Source: a bacterium
GTDB lineage: Bacteria; Patescibacteriota; Patescibacteriia; Patescibacteriales; UBA12465
Direction: 5' to 3'
DNA length: 64,000 nucleotides
Assembly: GCA_035402985.1 (NCBI GenBank)
Contig: DAONEH010000001.1
Location: forward strand, 3,123 to 67,122
Shown: one piece after another, positions 60,133 to 64,000 of the stretch
How the letters are laid out: the number at the start of each line of letters is the position of its first letter
How positions within the stretch are numbered: position 1 is the stretch's first letter
Made by a program: the position numbers and the translations under genes
The notes under the pieces: model-generated
What the model saw: the letters and a program-made list of their open reading frames with translations, nothing else
Told to the model about the DNA's origin: nothing
The model's database searches: none

Positions 60133-60834
60133 TCAAAATTCTAAAATACTTCTTAATTCTTCTTCACTGTCATTTATACCTCTCATCACGACACTTTTAA
60201 TAAAAACCTTATGCCCAATTCCTTTAGAACCAAGATATTTTATATTTTTAATCATTTTATTAAATTTTTTTAATTGACAATCTTCAGAAAACAAACCATT
60301 TAAATTTGTAATTTTATTCCATGTTTGAAAATTTAAAGAATTTACAGAAATACCAATTCTAGAAAAATGTTTATATATATTATCAACAATTATTTTATTT
60401 AATTCTATTCCATTTGTATGTATAGAAAATCTAATATTTTTGTGTTTCTTAATATATTTCAATAACCTAAAATCTTTTTTTAGAAAATCAGGATGTAGCA
60501 ACGGTTCTCCCCCGCTAAAATCTATTGATTTTAATGGAGTTTTTTAAAAAAAAGCATCCATCAACCTAAATAAATAATCAATATTAGTTGCTTTTTCAAA
60601 TTTTGAACTATAATTAGATCCCTCGTTAGAACAAAAAACGCACCACAAATTACACGAGGGAGTTAATGAAATTCTTAATCTAATTTTAGATAATATTTTA
60701 TTAAATTCTTTATCAGTTAGTCTGGAAATACCCTTGTTAACTAAAGATGTTTTTACTAAATCACAATACTTTCCAGAATCTTCTTTTCTCACAGTAGCAG
60801 AAGCTTCAGTTTTATATAAACTTTTTTTAATCAT
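60133..60834 (-). pseudogene. Radical SAM enzyme interrupted by a single in-frame TAA (at 60544-60546) inside a T8A6 homopolymer
   Basis: The N-terminal part ends ...SLTPSCNLWCVFCSNEG...LMDAFF* (CxxxCxxC). The same frame then continues KTPLKSIDFSGGEPLLHPDFLKKDF... (the GGEPLL motif) into the 122-aa C-terminal ORF. Confidence 0.6.
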
Positions 60835-61249
60835 ATTTTTTTATTAATCTTAAAGATTTTTTAAAATCTTCTAAAAAAACTAAATTAATCGCAGAATCTA
60901 GATCAACCCAAGAAAAATCAAAAAGCTCTCTTTCATCCAAAGAAGCTTTTTCGTTTTCATTCTCTAACCGACACAAGAAATGAAAAGATATTATATGAAA
61001 TTTCTTTTTTTTATTAATAAACTGATAAAATCCTATCATATCAGAAATATAAACATTAAGACCAGTTTCTTCCAAAATCTCCCTTTTTAAAGCTTTCTCT
61101 AAATTTTCTCCAAATTCAACATGACCACCTGGTATAGTAAAATTATTTTGAAGTTTTGATGTTTTTGCAATAAAAACCCTGTTATTACTGTCAAGAATAA
61201 TTCCAGCAACCCCTATTTGAATATTTTTTTCATTATCTTTTGTTTTCAT
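60827..61249 (-). CDS. NUDIX hydrolase
   Basis: The Nudix box GGHVEFGENLEKALKREILEETGL (G-x5-E-x7-REUXEEXGU) is present. Confidence 0.8.
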   Translation of the reverse strand: MKTKDNEKNIQIGVAGIILDSNNRVFIAKTSKLQNNFTIPGGHVEFGENLEKALKREILEETGLNVYISDMIGFYQFINKKKKFHIISFHFLCRLENENEKASLDERELFDFSWVDLDSAINLVFLEDFKKSLRLIKKYD

Positions 61250-61417
61250 AAAGTCTTATTATATTATTATAATAACACATTTTTTAATAAATAAAAAAAT
61301 ATAGACAATTAAGTATTTTATTTACTATTACCTTTACAAATTTCTATTAAAAAAACATAAAAATAATATTTCTCAACAAACACTATTACAAATTTTCAAA
61401 CTCTATAATAAAAAAGC

Positions 61418-61456
61418 CCCCATACAAACTTATCTGTATAGGAGTCTTTTTTATAA
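61418..61456 (-). terminator. Hairpin terminator after ileS
   Basis: aaaaaagcccccatacaaacttatctgtataggagtctttttt is an imperfect stem with flanking A/T runs. Confidence 0.4.
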
Positions 61457-61487
61457 TGATATTTGTATTATAAATTATACCTGTATT

Positions 61488-64000
61488 TTATTCTTTATTA
61501 ACAATAATAGTTACTATCTCTTTATCAATTTTAAACTCCTTACCAACTAAATTAGTATCTTCCCCGTTTAATATTATTTGAGAACTTAAAGTTTCTTTTT
61601 TGATATCTTCAATAAAAGTAGATAAAACTTCAGAAACAAATTTACTATCTGATTTAATAATAGCTAAGGCTTTATCATTAATAGATAAATCTAATTCTTT
61701 ACGCATTAAATTTATAAATCTAATTAATTCTCTCTTACCTCCTTCTAATTTTAATTCCGGAGTAATATTAGTATCTAATTCAACTTTTAAATCTCCCCCT
61801 TGTTCTATTACCTTAACTTGTTTAACATTTAATTCTTCAGCTATGATTGTTAAATAATTATCTGAATTTATCTTTAAATTATCTCCATAAATTAAAGCTT
61901 CTTGTAAAATTTGACGAACCTTGATATTAACTTTATCACGTTCAGCTAAACCTAATTCTACTATTTTTCGAACCTCAGACATAGAGTCAATAATAATATC
62001 ATCAGATTTATTTATTTGATATTGAGGCCAATTTTCTAAATGAACACTTTTATTTTCATCAGAAAAATTATAACCCAAAATTTTTTGCCAAAGATCTTCC
62101 GCTATAAACGGCATAAAAGGAGCCATAATTTTAGCTAAATTAATAAAAACAAAATTCATAGTAATTAGAGCTTCTTTTTTATCTATGTCATTATCACTTT
62201 TCAAACGATCTCGACTTCGTCTTAAATACCAAGTAGAAAATTCATCAATAAACTCAGTAATTGGTCGCATGGCCTTATTTAAATTATACATTAACATAGC
62301 TTCCTCTACTTCTTTTATTAATAAATTAATTTTAATTTTAATCCAAGAATCTAAAACATTAGAACTCTCTTTATATTTTGCAAAATCATCTTCATTTAAA
62401 ACATCAGCATACATTTGATAAAAATTATAAATATTATTTACTAACATAATATTTTTACGTAATGATTCCTCTACTCCCTTTTCAGAAAAATTTAAATTTT
62501 CAGCTTGAACTACTGGTGATGATAATAGATAAGCCCTTAAAGAATCAGCTCCATATTTATCAATAATCACCATCGGATCAGGATAATTTTTTAATTTTTT
62601 ACTCATCTTTTTACCATCCTCAGCTAAAACAATACCATTAGCAATAACATTATTAAAAGCTCTCTCATTTTTTACACCACCGGAAATAACATGAAGATAA
62701 TAAAACCAAGTTCGAGTTTGATCAATTCCTTCAGCAATAAATTCAGCTGGAAAATTCTTTTCAAACTTTTCTTTATTTTCAAAAGGATAATGAAGTTGAG
62801 CATAAGGCATGGAACCACTTTCAAACCAACAATCTAAAACATCTGGCACACGTTGCATAATTTGACCACATTTTGAACAAGGAAAATTTATTTTATCAAC
62901 TTTATCTTTATGAATATCAGTAATGGTTTGACCACTTAAATCTTCTAATTCTTTAACACTACTTATGACCTTTCTTTCACCACAAGAACATTCCCAAATA
63001 GGCATAGCACTAGCCCAAAATCTTTGACGAGAAATTGACCAATCACGAGCTCCTTCTAACCAATTACCAAAACGACCATTCTTGATATGAGATGGTGACC
63101 AATTAATATTTTCAGCTGATTTAAGTAAATTATCTTTTATCTTAGTAACACTAACAAACCAAGAAGAAGTGGCATAATTAATTAAAGGAGTATCACAACG
63201 CCAACAATGAGGATAACTATGTTCATATTTTTCTTTAGAAAATAATAATCCTTGTCCCGCTAAATATTTAATAACTTCAATATCAGTTGATGAGTGGTCA
63301 TCAATTGGTTTTACATTTAATTTTGGGAAATCTTTAACTTCATCCTTGAAAGAACCATCTAAATTAACATGTTGAACAAAAGGTAAATTATTTTCTTTAC
63401 CTAAATCCATATCATCTTGACCAAAAGCGGGAGCAATATGAACAATTCCAGTTCCCTCGTCGGTTGTAACAAAACTTGCTGGATAAATTTTCCAACCATT
63501 TTCTCGATTAATTATTTTATCGTCATTAATATAATAATTAAATAAGGCTTTATATTTTTTTCCTATTAAATCTGCTCCTTTAAATTCATCGACTATTTCA
63601 TATTTTTTATCTGTCATTACTTCAGCTAAACGTTCTTTAGCTAAAATATATTTTTCAGTTTTATCATTTTCATTTTGATAAGATATTTTAATATAATCAA
63701 TATCAGCTCCAATAGCTAAAGCTACGTTACCAATTAAAGTCCAAGGGGTAGTAGTCCAAGCTAAAACAAAAGTATCAACTTCATCAAGTAATTCAAATTT
63801 AGCAATACAAGATAAATCTTTTATATCTTTATACCCTTCAGCTACTTCTGATTGCGATAAAGTAGTTTCACAACGTGGACAAACATGCATTGAGCGATAA
63901 TCTTTATAGATTAAACCTTTATCCCATAATTGTTTAAAAACCCACCAAATAGACTCCATAAAAGATAAATCCATAGTATGGTAAGCATTCTCTTTATCAA
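61488..64000 (-). CDS. ileS: Isoleucyl-tRNA synthetase, 5'-partial (N-terminus beyond window end)
   Basis: The ORF is open to the window edge. The window contains the CP1 editing and anticodon-binding regions and the KMSKS-like GKKMSKKLKNYP. WCPRCETTLS is typical of IleRS. Confidence 0.9.
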   Translation of the reverse strand, partial: DKENAYHTMDLSFMESIWWVFKQLWDKGLIYKDYRSMHVCPRCETTLSQSEVAEGYKDIKDLSCIAKFELLDEVDTFVLAWTTTPWTLIGNVALAIGADIDYIKISYQNENDKTEKYILAKERLAEVMTDKKYEIVDEFKGADLIGKKYKALFNYYINDDKIINRENGWKIYPASFVTTDEGTGIVHIAPAFGQDDMDLGKENNLPFVQHVNLDGSFKDEVKDFPKLNVKPIDDHSSTDIEVIKYLAGQGLLFSKEKYEHSYPHCWRCDTPLINYATSSWFVSVTKIKDNLLKSAENINWSPSHIKNGRFGNWLEGARDWSISRQRFWASAMPIWECSCGERKVISSVKELEDLSGQTITDIHKDKVDKINFPCSKCGQIMQRVPDVLDCWFESGSMPYAQLHYPFENKEKFEKNFPAEFIAEGIDQTRTWFYYLHVISGGVKNERAFNNVIANGIVLAEDGKKMSKKLKNYPDPMVIIDKYGADSLRAYLLSSPVVQAENLNFSEKGVEESLRKNIMLVNNIYNFYQMYADVLNEDDFAKYKESSNVLDSWIKIKINLLIKEVEEAMLMYNLNKAMRPITEFIDEFSTWYLRRSRDRLKSDNDIDKKEALITMNFVFINLAKIMAPFMPFIAEDLWQKILGYNFSDENKSVHLENWPQYQINKSDDIIIDSMSEVRKIVELGLAERDKVNIKVRQILQEALIYGDNLKINSDNYLTIIAEELNVKQVKVIEQGGDLKVELDTNITPELKLEGGKRELIRFINLMRKELDLSINDKALAIIKSDSKFVSEVLSTFIEDIKKETLSSQIILNGEDTNLVGKEFKIDKEIVTIIVNKE

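Noticed and set aside
60501-60546. A programmed frameshift joining the two radical-SAM ORFs.
   Set aside because: Counting through the T8A6 run shows both parts are in the same frame, separated by one TAA. A single-nucleotide indel in the run would not restore a continuous frame, so this is a nonsense codon or a base error, not a shift.
1-64000. Alternative genetic code (UGA recoded, as in Gracilibacteria/SR1).
   Set aside because: TGA is used as a genuine stop (for example 34920-34922, overlapping the next ATG), and all conserved genes are full length under code 11. RF1 alone is not evidence of recoding.

Overview
This is a low-GC (~28-30%) bacterial chromosomal segment, almost fully coding, with most genes on the minus strand. 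The gene content suggests a streamlined CPR/Patescibacteria (Parcubacteria-like) genome: many core enzymes are truncated (AlaS without C-terminal domains, a 349-aa pyruvate kinase, a 127-aa TsaB, RpoA without the alpha-CTD), there are many GT1/GT2 glycosyltransferases, and there are several very large membrane or surface proteins. Translation uses the standard code: TGA serves as a stop at 34920-34922, and all long ORFs are intact under code 11.

The recognisable blocks are:
- infA-rpmJ-rpsM-rpsK-rpsD-rpoA-rplQ followed by rplM-rpsI.
- A partial dcw cluster, mraY-ftsW-murG-murC-murB.
- mreB-mreC-mreD, with a second mreB paralog elsewhere.
- A MacAB-like ABC exporter with two tandem FtsX-type permeases and a long coiled-coil adaptor.
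- Five aminoacyl-tRNA synthetases: cysS, alaS, hisS, proS and partial ileS.
- tgt, dus, ruvA, peptidase U32, pyk, htpX, lemA, prfA-prmC and rpmE.

The most interesting region is a compositionally foreign island at about 28.9-31.7 kb, with local GC of 40-55%. It carries a tightly packed four-gene minus-strand operon: a wHTH-nucleotidyltransferase (MNT), a HEPN protein, a 322-aa protein with a His-Cys motif resembling an L,D-transpeptidase-like fold, and a 216-aa membrane-anchored Cys-containing protein.

Other points worth a second look:
- A radical-SAM gene is interrupted by a single in-frame TAA inside a T8A6 homopolymer.
- One protein fuses sigma-70 region 4 to a HARE-HTH-like domain.
- The Tgt lacks its zinc-binding cysteines.
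- A cell-envelope locus has three large uncharacterised membrane proteins and a GT1; one of the proteins appears DUF4012-like.
- A partial secreted protein has a transglutaminase-like motif and tandem 49-aa repeats.
- The RF1 has PET in place of the PAT/PVT codon-recognition tripeptide.

I found no rRNA, tRNA or CRISPR.
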